Shown: positions 1 to 9,823 of the stretch, one piece after another
How positions within the stretch are numbered: position 1 is the stretch's first letter
Layout of the letters: each line of letters opens with the position of its first letter
Assembly (NCBI GenBank): GCA_028820935.1
Contig: JAPPHZ010000011.1
Location: 5,797-69,796 of the forward strand
Source of the DNA: a bacterium
GTDB taxonomy: Bacteria; Actinomycetota; Acidimicrobiia; Spongiisociales; Spongiisociaceae
DNA length: 64,000 nucleotides
Direction of reading: 5' to 3'
The notes under the pieces: generated by a model
What the model was told of the DNA's origin: nothing
Database searches by the model: none
What the model saw: only the letters and a program-made list of their open reading frames with translations
Position numbers and translations under genes: made by a program

Positions 1-137
1 CGTCACGGACCACATCCCCGGATCGGGGTGGGGACTTATGGATAGGTAACCACCGGCCTCCGCGTCCAACCGTCGCGCCCGACGTTCCGAGAGGGAGACA
101 GCAACATTGTCGTACTCGAATAACCCTGGAAGGTCGA

Positions 138-2939
138 TCATCGTCCTATGGGCTCCGCGCTATCCGTTGATGCCCCAACCTCGAGTTCCGCGGGGTCGTC
201 ACGGCCCGACTGGGACCGGTAACGCCGGAGCACCGGCCCGAGGCGGAACCTGTTGATCTGGGTCTCGTTGCCGAAGAACTGGTCCTCGATGAAGGGCTCG
301 ATGTTGAACCGCCAGATTCTGTCCAGGGTCGGGTCATTCTCACCCGGATCGTTCCCGTAGCCCTTTTTCATGAAGTGGCTGGCACCCAGCTGGAGGTCCG
401 CACCGATCGCTTCGGCCAACTCGTCGTTGACCATGGCCACCAACTCTCCCACCCACGAGGGCTGGCCCTCACGCTCCAGCCATCGGTCGAGCAACCCTTC
501 GGTAGGACCGCGGTCGGGGAAGAACGGCACAAAGTGGAAGCGGCGGCGTAGCGCGGCATCGACCAGGGCGATCGACCGGTCAGCGGTGTTCATGGTGCCG
601 ATGAACCACAAGGATTCCGGCAGATCGAACTCCCCCTCGGGCCGGTACAGAGTCGAGATCGACTTGTCCCGGTACTCGAACAAGAACAGCAACTCACCCA
701 GCACCTTCGGCAGGTTGGCGCGGTTGATCTCATCGATCACCATCACCTGGCGGCGCTGAGGATGCCGCGCCGCTCGCTCGGCCATGAGCGCCAGCGGTCC
801 CTGGGTCAGCCGGTAGACGATCTGCCCGTCCGGACCTTCCTCCGGTCGGTAACCCTCGAAGAAGTCCTCGTAGGACGTGGAGGGATGGAACTGCACCAGT
901 GCCCTGTCAGCAGGATCACGCGCGAGAGCGGTGGCCAGTCGCTGCGCAAGATACGTCTTGCCGGTGCCGGGCGGTCCGTAGAGGATCACCTGTCCCTTAT
1001 CCCGGAGCAACTCCACGATGTCATGAAGAAAACCGGGCTCCACCAGCAGGTCCGCCGCGGCCGCATCGAGCGGATGAGGTTCATCGTCCGATGTTCCCCC
1101 GTCTTCGAGATAATCGATATACCAGTAGAGGAAACACATCATGCCCCACGGATCTCCGGGGAAGAAAGGCGCCAGCTTCTCCCACAGCAGGTTGTTCGAC
1201 TCGACGTGCTTGCGGCCTCTGCTCGTGCCTGCTGCCGGTTCAGGAAGGTCGAGCGCGCGCAGCATCCGGAGCTTTCCGTGTTCCCCGGAGTAGGGGTAGA
1301 CACAGAGGTAGCGATCCGGGTAGCAGATGGCCAGCAGCTTGAAGACGACCGTTTCACCCAAACCGCTCACCTTGTATTCAGGATCGTCGAGCACGCGGTC
1401 GATCCGGTCGGCGTCGTCTCCCTCACCCCAGCACAGGTACTCCAGGGTTCTCAGAATCCGCTCGTACTCGACCTCGTCGGCATCTCTCACAGCTCGGCCG
1501 AGATACGGCTGGGGACCGGTGCCGCCATACGCACCCGTCCAGACCTTGCGTAGCTCGCCACGGTCGGTGGTAGCCAGATTGCCGGGCCGGAGAATCTCTC
1601 GTAGCCGGGGTTGGCGGGCCTTCTGCCCTGCGTCATGAGGAGTCGGGTAAGCCGTATCTCGGCGGAACTCCGCAACTGCGTCGGAAAGCGGATCAGCCGC
1701 CGGAGGGGTCCTGGGGGGACCGTCGCCTTCGGCCCGACTGACCAGAGCATCGAGAACGGGGCGGGCAGCGGTGGCCACCCTCATTGCCTCGGCTCGCAGG
1801 TCCAGATCCGCAAGCTCGTCCGTCTCATACGAACGGCCGTACAAGAAAGTACCGGCTCTCCCGTAGAACCCCATATCATCCTCATCGCCTCGCTCCATGA
1901 TGCGAAACCCATCGACCGGCGTCGACTCGATCGCCTCTTGCGCTTTGGGCTTCCAGTTCTTTCCCCATCCCGACATCACGCCGAGGGCAGCGCCCTTATG
2001 GTTGATCCATAGGCGCAATGAGATCTCCCACTCCTGTGTATCCTCAACCCTCCAATCGACCCATAGGTCAGGTCTGCCCCATCCGTTCGTTGTCCATAGG
2101 ACAGGCGGCCTCCACGCTTTCAGCGTGTAGGTGGCCGCCTCAGACAGGTTTTCGACCATTGCCTGACCGAGATACTTGGCGATAGCCACCATCACGTCGG
2201 CATTGCTCTTGAGGCCCTCGATCGACTCCTCGTTGCGGTTCTTGGCGCCGTAGTCGCAGCGATCTACGAGAACGGGATCGAGAAACACCGGCTGTTGTTC
2301 TATCCACCAACTGCTCACCCTGGCGAAGCGCTCGCAGTCTTCGTCGAACTCAGCCACGAGGTCAACGAATTCCATGTACTGCTCCGTTGGAGAACCGGAG
2401 AACTTGGTGCCCGTGGTAGCCGCCAGGAATCTCCGGTCGTTAGGCCAGAAGATCGGCCACCGTCTCCGTTGCTGCAGCGCCCAGAAGTAAGAAAGCGTGA
2501 AGGCCGCGGACAACGGAGCGGGATGTGCACCTACCTTGATGCGGTTGACGTGGTCGACCAGTGCGTCCAGTTTCTGTGCTGCTGAGTCACGATCCGTAGG
2601 CGCGGTCAAGCCGCTGACGAGCAGGCGGGTCAGGGTGGCGCGATCGTCGGTGTTCTTCACGAGGGAGTTGATGAACATGGCGCCGATCTGACCCTTGAAC
2701 CCGACGTCGTTCGCGCGGGCCCAAGCGTCCTGCTCGGCCTTGAACGCGTCCAAGTCACCGGACGAGGCGAGTCGATCGCGGATCTCGAGGGCCTCGGACC
2801 CAGCGGTCCAGAGGTCCGGAAGCCAATCCTTGAAGTGGCCTCCATCGATGTCCGCTTGTGCCCGACGGGCGTGGGCTTCGTACCACCGTCTGCGGAATTC
2901 GATCTCCCGCGGGTCGACATCCGTCGCGCCGCTTGCCAT
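138..2939 (-). CDS. McrB-family AAA+ GTPase with a large N-terminal domain of unknown function. The C-terminal McrB/MoxR-like motor carries Walker A ILYGPPGTGKT and an MVIDEINRANLPKVLGELLFLFEYRD motif.
   Basis: The 943-aa ORF carries a C-terminal GTP-binding motor with Walker A GPPGTGKT and the McrB-signature VIDEINRAN...LGEL...EYR box. The roughly 600 N-terminal residues have no recognisable catalytic motif. An AAGGAGGG ribosome-binding site sits 5 nt upstream of the ATG that starts MASGATDV, so I set the start at 2939 rather than 2969. The gene ends 137 nt from the window edge, so any McrC-like partner is off-window. Confidence 0.72.
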   Translation of the reverse strand: MASGATDVDPREIEFRRRWYEAHARRAQADIDGGHFKDWLPDLWTAGSEALEIRDRLASSGDLDAFKAEQDAWARANDVGFKGQIGAMFINSLVKNTDDRATLTRLLVSGLTAPTDRDSAAQKLDALVDHVNRIKVGAHPAPLSAAFTLSYFWALQQRRRWPIFWPNDRRFLAATTGTKFSGSPTEQYMEFVDLVAEFDEDCERFARVSSWWIEQQPVFLDPVLVDRCDYGAKNRNEESIEGLKSNADVMVAIAKYLGQAMVENLSEAATYTLKAWRPPVLWTTNGWGRPDLWVDWRVEDTQEWEISLRLWINHKGAALGVMSGWGKNWKPKAQEAIESTPVDGFRIMERGDEDDMGFYGRAGTFLYGRSYETDELADLDLRAEAMRVATAARPVLDALVSRAEGDGPPRTPPAADPLSDAVAEFRRDTAYPTPHDAGQKARQPRLREILRPGNLATTDRGELRKVWTGAYGGTGPQPYLGRAVRDADEVEYERILRTLEYLCWGEGDDADRIDRVLDDPEYKVSGLGETVVFKLLAICYPDRYLCVYPYSGEHGKLRMLRALDLPEPAAGTSRGRKHVESNNLLWEKLAPFFPGDPWGMMCFLYWYIDYLEDGGTSDDEPHPLDAAAADLLVEPGFLHDIVELLRDKGQVILYGPPGTGKTYLAQRLATALARDPADRALVQFHPSTSYEDFFEGYRPEEGPDGQIVYRLTQGPLALMAERAARHPQRRQVMVIDEINRANLPKVLGELLFLFEYRDKSISTLYRPEGEFDLPESLWFIGTMNTADRSIALVDAALRRRFHFVPFFPDRGPTEGLLDRWLEREGQPSWVGELVAMVNDELAEAIGADLQLGASHFMKKGYGNDPGENDPTLDRIWRFNIEPFIEDQFFGNETQINRFRLGPVLRRYRSQSGRDDPAELEVGASTDSAEPIGR

Positions 2940-3018
2940 CCGTCCCTCCTTGCGTTGACCTCTGTTCATCGAACGAAGGAGATTGTATGTAGGAGTTGTG
3001 ACACGCCCACCGGCGTGG

Positions 3019-4644
3019 TCACTCGGTCGAAGCCTCTCGTCGTCTGAGTTCGACCCTGCGGATCTTGCCGGAGATCGTCTTCGGCAACTCCTCCACGAAC
3101 TCGACTTGACGGGGATACTTGTAGGGAGCCGTCGACTTCTTGCAGTACTGCTGGATCTCGCTCGCCAGATCCGGTGATGCCACCCGGCCGGGCGCGAGGA
3201 CGACGAACGCCTTGACGACCTCGCCCCGTTCGGGGTCCGGCACTCCGATCACAGCTGTCTCGGCGACCGAGGGGTGTTCCATTACCACCGACTCGACTTC
3301 GAAAGGTCCGATCCGGTATCCGGCGGAGATGATGACATCGTCGGTTCTTGAACCGAACCAGAAGTATCCGTCCTCATCGACGTGGGCCCGGTCGCCGCTG
3401 TAGTACCAGTCGCCCTGAAACACCTCTGCGGTGCGCTCCGGGTCCTTCCAATACTCCGAGAAGAGGCCGACGGGTCGCTGGGGCTTCACCCTGATCGCAA
3501 TCTGCCCCTCGATTCCCGGTTCCACCGGCACGCCGCCATCGTCGACGACTGCAACCTCGTAGCCGGGACTCGGTTTGCCCATCGACCCGGGTTTCTTGGG
3601 CAGGCTGGGATAGTTAGCGACCGTGATGCATGTCTCGGTCTGTCCGTAGCCGTCATGGATCTCGAGACCGGTTGCTTGCTTCCACACCTCGAAGGTCTCG
3701 GACTCCAGAGGCTCGCCCGCCGCCATCGCGTGCCTCATCCGCGACAGGTCGAATCGCGATAGGTCCATCTGGACGAACTGTCGATAGATGGTGGGGGGAG
3801 CGCAGAACGTCGTCACCCCGTAACTCTCGGCGATGTGCAGGATCTGGTCGAACTCCGGCTTTCCCCTGCCGTCCCATACGAGAACAGCCGCCCCGCGCCT
3901 CCACTGACCGAAGAGCTTCCCGTAAGCCGCCTTCGCCCAGCCAAGATCTGAGATCGTCCAGTGCAGATCACCGGGCCTGAGGTCCATCCAGAACCGCGCG
4001 GTGATCTCATGGCCGATCCCATAGGAGGCGTGCGTGTGCAGCACCATCTTCGGTTGGCCCGTCGTGCCCGATGTGAAGTAGATCAACAGCGGATCGGCAG
4101 CCGCGGTCGGGGCCGACTCCGGAACCTCCGTGCTCGCTCGCTCCATCCCGTCCTCGAGCGAGTCCCAGTCGCCGTATGCCCCGTCGGCAACGATCCGTTG
4201 CCTAACCATGGGGAAGGTGGACTGCACTTCGTCGACCTTGGCCGCGCCCGCAGGATCGGTCACCGCCACCGTGGCCTCGGCACTCTCGATCCGGTATCGA
4301 ATGTCCTTGGGAGTGAGTTGCACGGTTCCGGGCATCGGAACGGCCCCGAGCTTGAAGGCGCCGAGCATGACGTCGTACCACTGCGGGATGCGTGGCATCA
4401 TCAAGAAGATTCTGTCCCCCTTCGTCACCCCTCGGGCGGAGAGGAAGTTCGCGGCCCGGTTCGATCGCTCGGACAGGTCACCGAAACTCAACCGCCGGGG
4501 GTTTCCCCCCTGAGGATCCAGCGCCAGCAGGGCGAGGTCTGACGGCCGCACCCGTGCCCGCTCGTCGACCACGTCCCTCGCGTAGTTGAACTCGGCCGGC
4601 ACCCTGAGCCGGAACGTCCGGCGGGCCTCCTCGTAGTCGGCCAT
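3019..4644 (-). CDS. AMP-dependent acyl-CoA synthetase or ligase, medium-chain ACSM-like
   Basis: Motifs YFTSGTTGQPKMV, GYGQTE, YYSGDRAHVDEDGYFWFGSRTDD and PKTISGKIRR are present. The start MADYEE at 4644 is preceded by GGAGAGGA. The annotated upstream extension is arginine-rich junk. Confidence 0.85.
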   Translation of the reverse strand: MADYEEARRTFRLRVPAEFNYARDVVDERARVRPSDLALLALDPQGGNPRRLSFGDLSERSNRAANFLSARGVTKGDRIFLMMPRIPQWYDVMLGAFKLGAVPMPGTVQLTPKDIRYRIESAEATVAVTDPAGAAKVDEVQSTFPMVRQRIVADGAYGDWDSLEDGMERASTEVPESAPTAAADPLLIYFTSGTTGQPKMVLHTHASYGIGHEITARFWMDLRPGDLHWTISDLGWAKAAYGKLFGQWRRGAAVLVWDGRGKPEFDQILHIAESYGVTTFCAPPTIYRQFVQMDLSRFDLSRMRHAMAAGEPLESETFEVWKQATGLEIHDGYGQTETCITVANYPSLPKKPGSMGKPSPGYEVAVVDDGGVPVEPGIEGQIAIRVKPQRPVGLFSEYWKDPERTAEVFQGDWYYSGDRAHVDEDGYFWFGSRTDDVIISAGYRIGPFEVESVVMEHPSVAETAVIGVPDPERGEVVKAFVVLAPGRVASPDLASEIQQYCKKSTAPYKYPRQVEFVEELPKTISGKIRRVELRRREASTE

Positions 4645-4989
4645 GTTCGTCCGGGCATCGCTCACGGTCCTCTCCTTCCCGAAGCAGCCGCGGCTACGCC
4701 ACCGTGATGCCGGCGGATGCCCTGATGGATCCACCCGAGCGCCGCACGGTCCTGGAAGCGGGCAACCGTCGGGAGCGGCGGCGCCTGGCAACAATCAGGA
4801 TACCGCCGCATGCCCGGGTCCGGTGTGCCTGCCATTCGCCCCCTTACCTTGTGTCCGGCATTTGAAGGCGATCGTGGGCGGGCGTGGATACGCACACGGG
4901 TCGCCATGTGGGGTGACCCCCGGTCGGCTCAAGGCGGCTTGTAACGTATGGGCCGGTCGGAGGACAGCGGCATACGGAGGTTCGACACC

Positions 4990-5862
4990 ATGGCGGTAGT
5001 AGACGCCCACCTGCATCTTTTCAAGCCGGCAAGCGAGCAGTACCCGCGGGACGTCTTCGAGGCGATGACCCCGGTCGAGCGGGAGGAGTCGGCGGAGGAG
5101 TTCCTGGGGGCCATGGGCAGCGCCGGCGTAGACCATGCCGTGATCGTTCCGCTGTCGGTCCACGATCACTACCTTGCGGAGATCCTGGTGGAGTTCCCCG
5201 GCAAATTCGCCGGGGTGGGTGTCTACGACCCCGATGCGGAGGACGGCGCCGGACAGGTAACGCGGAGAGCGGAGCAGGTGGGTATCCAGGGGCTTCGCTT
5301 CTACGGCTTTGGTGGGGAGGCGGGCCAGGCGCCCGAGTCGCTGGCGGTGTTCCCGGCACTGGAGGCGATGCGCGACCTGGACATGAAGGTGTGGTTTTAC
5401 GGCGATCCCGACCAGGTGGGCCTGCTTGACGGGGTGATGCGGTTACTCCCCGGCCTCAAGGTGGTCCTCAACCACCTGGGCTTCTGTCCCGACATCTGGA
5501 TGGAGATAGCCATCGACGAGGACCGGCGTCCCCGCTTCGACATCCCGCTTCCCCCGGACTCCCTGGGTCTGATCGAGCAGATGGCCGCCAAGCATCCGGA
5601 GGATCTCTACGTGCACCTGTCGGGCCAGTATGCCTTCACCCAGACCCCCTATCCGTACCCGGACCTCCAGGAGGTGGTGGACCGGATCTATGCGGCCTTC
5701 GGCGCCGGGCGGATGCTCAACGCATCCGACTGGCCCTGGATCAAGGACAACCCCGGCCACTCCGAGGTGCTGTCGTTGGTGGATCACTACCTACCCGGCA
5801 TCCCGCCCGACGACCGGGCTGCCATCCGGGGCGGCACCGCCCTATCGCTGTTCGACTTCTAA
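4990..5862 (+). CDS. Amidohydrolase_2 family (TIM-barrel metal-dependent hydrolase, PF04909-like)
   Basis: The N-terminus has VVDAHLHLF with a conserved HxH, and a later HLG motif follows. GGAGG sits before the ATG at 4990. The gene is divergent from the acyl-CoA synthetase. Confidence 0.7.
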   Translation: MAVVDAHLHLFKPASEQYPRDVFEAMTPVEREESAEEFLGAMGSAGVDHAVIVPLSVHDHYLAEILVEFPGKFAGVGVYDPDAEDGAGQVTRRAEQVGIQGLRFYGFGGEAGQAPESLAVFPALEAMRDLDMKVWFYGDPDQVGLLDGVMRLLPGLKVVLNHLGFCPDIWMEIAIDEDRRPRFDIPLPPDSLGLIEQMAAKHPEDLYVHLSGQYAFTQTPYPYPDLQEVVDRIYAAFGAGRMLNASDWPWIKDNPGHSEVLSLVDHYLPGIPPDDRAAIRGGTALSLFDF

Positions 5863-5876
5863 ACCGCTGATTGGTT

Positions 5877-7376
5877 CTAGCTAGAAGCGCGGGGAGCCAG
5901 CCTTAGGGCTCGCTCCAACAGGGTGGCCATCTGGCCCTTGGTGGTGTCGGCGCCTGGGCAGTAGCGGGCCGGGAGGATCATGCAGCCGCGGGTGATGCCT
6001 ACGGCGGCAACGGCGTCGATGGCGGACGCGTGGGTGCTGCCGGCGGTATCGGTGAAGCCGCTCGGAAGAGCTTGGCCGAGATCGAAGGCCCTGGCGAGGA
6101 AGGACGCCATCTGGCCCCGGGTGACAAGGCCGTAGGGGCAGAAGCGGGCGGGTTCCGTGGCACACCCGTGGGTGACGTCCAGCTCGGCCAGGCGTTCGAC
6201 GTAGGGCGTCCACCAGCGGTCCGCGCCGGCGTCGGCGAACCGGGACTCCGTGACGGGATCGGGGTCGGTGCCGTCCAGGGCCCTCACCAGCCACACCGCC
6301 ATCATCCAGCGCTTTATGCGCTGGGTTGGGCAGAACAGATCGGGCCCGCACTCGGTGCCGGCAAGTATGCCCTCATCCCGCAGGGCATCGATACCGGCCC
6401 GGTGAGCACCTTCCGGAACGTCGTCGAAGCCCGGCTCGTCGACGCCGAGGTCGCCCAGCTCGGGATCCCTGCAGCCGCCGGGTCCTCCGGCGGAGAGCTT
6501 CCGGGAGGTGCTGAACATGGGGTTGAATCCTGAGCCCGGGTCGGTGGTGGTGAGGTACCGCTCTATCCCGTCCGCGATGGCCACCGCCTCGACCTTGTGC
6601 ACTTCCGGGTCGGCGAGCAGCCGGGCTTCCTCCGGTGTCGAGAGGTAGGCGGCTTCCGTGATGACCGTCGCGATGCCGGGCGTGTACTGGAGGATGCCGT
6701 ACAGGTCGTCCTGAACCTCGACGCGGAGCACGGAGGAGGCCCCCTGGAACACGGTCTTGCGCCACGCGACGTCGTACTGCGAGAACGCGCCCTGCAGTTC
6801 TTCGAACAGGATGCCGGCCAGCCGCTTCGAGTCGGCGCTCTCTATCTGGTGGTAGGTCTCGGTACCGGGAAGTTCGGAGCGGGCGGTGGCTCCACCGTTG
6901 TGATGGAGAGATATGAACACGTCGGGCTTCAGGGCTCGGGCGATCTCGGCCCGCACCACGATCGGGATGCGGACGTCGGTGGTCCGGGTCATGATCGCGT
7001 TGAAACCCCGGTCGCGCAGTTCCTCGATCAGCAGTTCCGAGACGTCCAGGTTCAGGGCCTTCTCGGTCAGCCCGTTGCTGCCCACTGCCCCGGTTTCCGA
7101 ACCTCCGTGGCCGGGGTCGATCACCACTTCCACGTGCGAGATGTACGTGCCTCCGGTCACCGTCCCTTCGTTCCAGCAGGTGGTGGTGACCACGTATCCG
7201 TCATCCCTGATCTCCCTCACCGGGAGCACCAGTCCGTCGTCGCTGATCACGACGCCGTCGCCCGGAGGACCCGGGGGGTAGTACTGGGCGCCGGCCGGTA
7301 ACAGGGCTACGGTCGAGAGGAGGAGCGCCGCGGCCAGGATGGCCGCCCCCCGGCGGCGAGAGCCGGTCGTCATCAT
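5877..7376 (-). CDS. Secreted N-acetylmuramoyl-L-alanine amidase (Amidase_3) with three C-terminal SLH-like repeats
   Basis: There is an N-terminal signal peptide and an Amidase_3 core (IDPGHGG, ISLHHNGG). The C-terminal third has three repeats of the S-layer-homology pattern (FxDV...H...I..L...GI..G...F.P...VTRGQMA.FL.RA). Confidence 0.75.
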   Translation of the reverse strand: MMTTGSRRRGAAILAAALLLSTVALLPAGAQYYPPGPPGDGVVISDDGLVLPVREIRDDGYVVTTTCWNEGTVTGGTYISHVEVVIDPGHGGSETGAVGSNGLTEKALNLDVSELLIEELRDRGFNAIMTRTTDVRIPIVVRAEIARALKPDVFISLHHNGGATARSELPGTETYHQIESADSKRLAGILFEELQGAFSQYDVAWRKTVFQGASSVLRVEVQDDLYGILQYTPGIATVITEAAYLSTPEEARLLADPEVHKVEAVAIADGIERYLTTTDPGSGFNPMFSTSRKLSAGGPGGCRDPELGDLGVDEPGFDDVPEGAHRAGIDALRDEGILAGTECGPDLFCPTQRIKRWMMAVWLVRALDGTDPDPVTESRFADAGADRWWTPYVERLAELDVTHGCATEPARFCPYGLVTRGQMASFLARAFDLGQALPSGFTDTAGSTHASAIDAVAAVGITRGCMILPARYCPGADTTKGQMATLLERALRLAPRASS

Positions 7377-7409
7377 CCGGGTATGGCCAGGACCCGGCTG
7401 GGCGCCGTC

Positions 7410-7727
7410 CTACCGGCCTTCGGCCACCAACTCGGGGTTGTAGGGCTCGATCATGATGCACTCGCCCGGGCACTCTTCGGCGGATTCGATCACGTCCTCG
7501 ATCAGGCTGTCGGGAACCCGCGCCACCCCTCGGGCGCCCTCGGGCCCATGACCGTCTCCGGCCTCATCATCGAAGACCAGGGTCGAGCCGAAGTGCCTGG
7601 CCTCTTCCTTCACCACCCAGAGGCCGTCGTCACGACCCTCGAATACGTCGGGAGCTATTTCCTCGCAGATGCCGTCCCCGGTGCATAAATCCTGGTCGAT
7701 CCACACCATCATCTTGTAGTCGGCCAT
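7410..7727 (-). CDS. fdx: Single-cluster ferredoxin (CTGDGIC ... CPGECI)
   Basis: This 105-aa acidic protein has Cys motifs typical of small actinobacterial-type 3Fe-4S/4Fe-4S ferredoxins. It ends 33 nt from the amidase start on the same strand. Confidence 0.8.
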   Translation of the reverse strand: MADYKMMVWIDQDLCTGDGICEEIAPDVFEGRDDGLWVVKEEARHFGSTLVFDDEAGDGHGPEGARGVARVPDSLIEDVIESAEECPGECIMIEPYNPELVAEGR

Positions 7728-8126
7728 CGCCCCTGACTCCTTCGGCTCCCGCGCAGCTTCAATTATGGCCTTTCACAGGCCTGATCCGCAATCAGCCGCG
7801 CCTGACCACCCTAGTGCTTGGCTGGTTTCCCAAGGGTACCAGCGCAGGCGCCGAACGGGAACGCGGATCCGGGCGTCACCGGGACAAGTGCATACCGGTC
7901 GCCTCGTCTACTCTGTCCGCACGCTCGACGACCCGACAGGATGTGCCATGGTCCAGCCCGATCCGATACGACCCGGGATGATGGGCGGTCCGTTCCGCTT
8001 GCCGCGCCGGTAGGAGGGTACTCAATAAATGTCCGGTTGGCCCGACAGTCAACAATGATCCCTCAGGTCAAGGCGTCGCGGGCCAACCGATCCCCGTCTT
8101 TTCCAGCGCCCTCGCGGATGGCGTGA

Positions 8127-8726
8127 TTGGTCACCGCCCGTACCCGCTCGGTGCTGGTCCGGATCCCCGGCCTGGCCCTGGGGCTGGCCATGTTCGGGGC
8201 GGGCATAGGGCTCAACATCCGAGCCAACCTCGGCTTGTCCCCGTGGGACGCCTTCCATCAGGGCATCGCGTTGCGGACTCCTCTCTCGGTGGGACTGGTG
8301 ACCATCGCCGTGAGCGCCGTCGTGCTGCTGGGATGGATTCCCCTGCGGCAGCGTCCCGGCCTCGGCACCCTTCTGAACGCCACCCTGGTGGGGGTCATGA
8401 TCGACGTCACCCTGTTCGTGGTGGCCGAGACGGAACTCCTCTGGTTGCGCGTGCTGTACCTGGTCGGCGGCATCGGCTTGGTGGCGTTCGGATCGGGCCT
8501 GTACATAGGGTCGCGCCTCGGACCCGGCCCGAGGGACGGGATCATGACCGGCCTGGCTGCCCGGGGCATGTCCATACGTTTGGCCCGCACCCTCATCGAG
8601 GGAACGGTGCTGATCGCCGGATGGTTACTGGGCGGGGCGGTCGGTATCGGAACCCTGATCTACACCCTGACCATCGGGCCCCTCCTCCAGATCACCCTCC
8701 GTTGGGCCGATAGGGGACCGCTGTGA
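8127..8726 (+). CDS. YczE/YitT-like multi-pass membrane protein
   Basis: Hydrophobic 199-aa protein with the YczE-like motif NLGLSPWDAFHQG. It probably uses a TTG start. Confidence 0.5.
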   Translation: MVTARTRSVLVRIPGLALGLAMFGAGIGLNIRANLGLSPWDAFHQGIALRTPLSVGLVTIAVSAVVLLGWIPLRQRPGLGTLLNATLVGVMIDVTLFVVAETELLWLRVLYLVGGIGLVAFGSGLYIGSRLGPGPRDGIMTGLAARGMSIRLARTLIEGTVLIAGWLLGGAVGIGTLIYTLTIGPLLQITLRWADRGPL

Positions 8727-9805
8727 GCCGGACCGGGCACGAGCAGCCGCCTCACGGCCAGGGGCCGGGGGACGCCGTTCCCGGGATCGACAGGGAGCGG
8801 GTCACCGAGTGGATGGTGCGGAACATCGAGAGCGCCGTACCGCCGTTCCGGTTCGAGCCCATACCGGGCGGCAACTCCAACCTCACCTACCGGGTGAAAG
8901 GAGCGGGCGGGGCCGAGTACGCGCTCAGAAGGCCCCCGCTCGGGCATGTCCTGGCGACAGCTCACGATGTGGCCCGCGAGTTCCGGATCATCTCGGCCTT
9001 GGGCGGGACGGGCGTACCGGTGCCCCCGGCCCTCGGCCTATGCAGCGATCCGGCTGTCAACGGCGCGCCGTTCTACATGATGGGCTTCGTCGCCGGCCTG
9101 GTGCCCCACGACCGCACGGCGGGGTCGTCCATGACGCCGACCGACCGGCGGGTTCTCGGCGAGGACGCAGTGGCGGTGCTGGCCGGCCTCCACTCCTTGG
9201 ACCCCGATGACATCGGGTTGGGCGGACTCGGTCGCCGGGACGCGTACGTGCAGCGCCAACTGCGCCGGTGGTCGCGCCAGTGGGAGGCCTCCAAGCAGCG
9301 GGACCTCCCCGTCATGGACCGGGTCCGTACCCTGCTGGAGAACCGGATCCCCGCCCAGAGACGAACCGGTGTCGTGCATGGTGACTATCGATTCGGCAAC
9401 CTGATCGTCAAGGACGGGAAGGTCGGGGCCGTGGTCGACTGGGAGCTCTGCACCCTGGGCGACCCCATGACCGATCTCGGGTACCTGGCCAACGACTGGA
9501 TCGATCCCGGCGGGCCGGAGCTCTGGCGGTCATCGGTGGTCCAGGACGGTGGGTTCCAGTCCCGCGACGAGATGGTGGCCCGCTACGCGGCCCTCACCGG
9601 GGCGGACGTATCGGAGCTCCCCTACTACCGGGCGATGCAGGCATGGCGCCTGGCCGCCATCCTGGAAGGGGTCTACGCCCGCTACCGGCACGGCGTGATG
9701 GACAACATCTCGGGCGTGGACCTCCTGTCTTTGGCCGGTTCGGTGGAGCGGTTGGCGGACTTCGCCCTCGAGTCTCTGGAAGGTGGTGCTTGCCCGTCTC
9801 TCTGA
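8723..9805 (+). CDS. Phosphotransferase enzyme family protein (APH/ChoK-like kinase fold)
   Basis: Motifs HGDYRFGNLIV and VDWELCTLGDPMTDLGYL match the Brenner catalytic loop and DFG-like motif of aminoglycoside-phosphotransferase-like kinases. It overlaps the upstream gene by 4 nt. Confidence 0.75.
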   Translation: MSRTGHEQPPHGQGPGDAVPGIDRERVTEWMVRNIESAVPPFRFEPIPGGNSNLTYRVKGAGGAEYALRRPPLGHVLATAHDVAREFRIISALGGTGVPVPPALGLCSDPAVNGAPFYMMGFVAGLVPHDRTAGSSMTPTDRRVLGEDAVAVLAGLHSLDPDDIGLGGLGRRDAYVQRQLRRWSRQWEASKQRDLPVMDRVRTLLENRIPAQRRTGVVHGDYRFGNLIVKDGKVGAVVDWELCTLGDPMTDLGYLANDWIDPGGPELWRSSVVQDGGFQSRDEMVARYAALTGADVSELPYYRAMQAWRLAAILEGVYARYRHGVMDNISGVDLLSLAGSVERLADFALESLEGGACPSL

Positions 9806-9823
9806 GACGGCGCCCGGTACGTT

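Noticed and set aside
762-2130. Several 70-260-aa plus-strand ORFs inside the McrB-like gene
   Set aside because: They overlap a long, motif-bearing minus-strand gene, and their translations are Arg- and Pro-rich noise.
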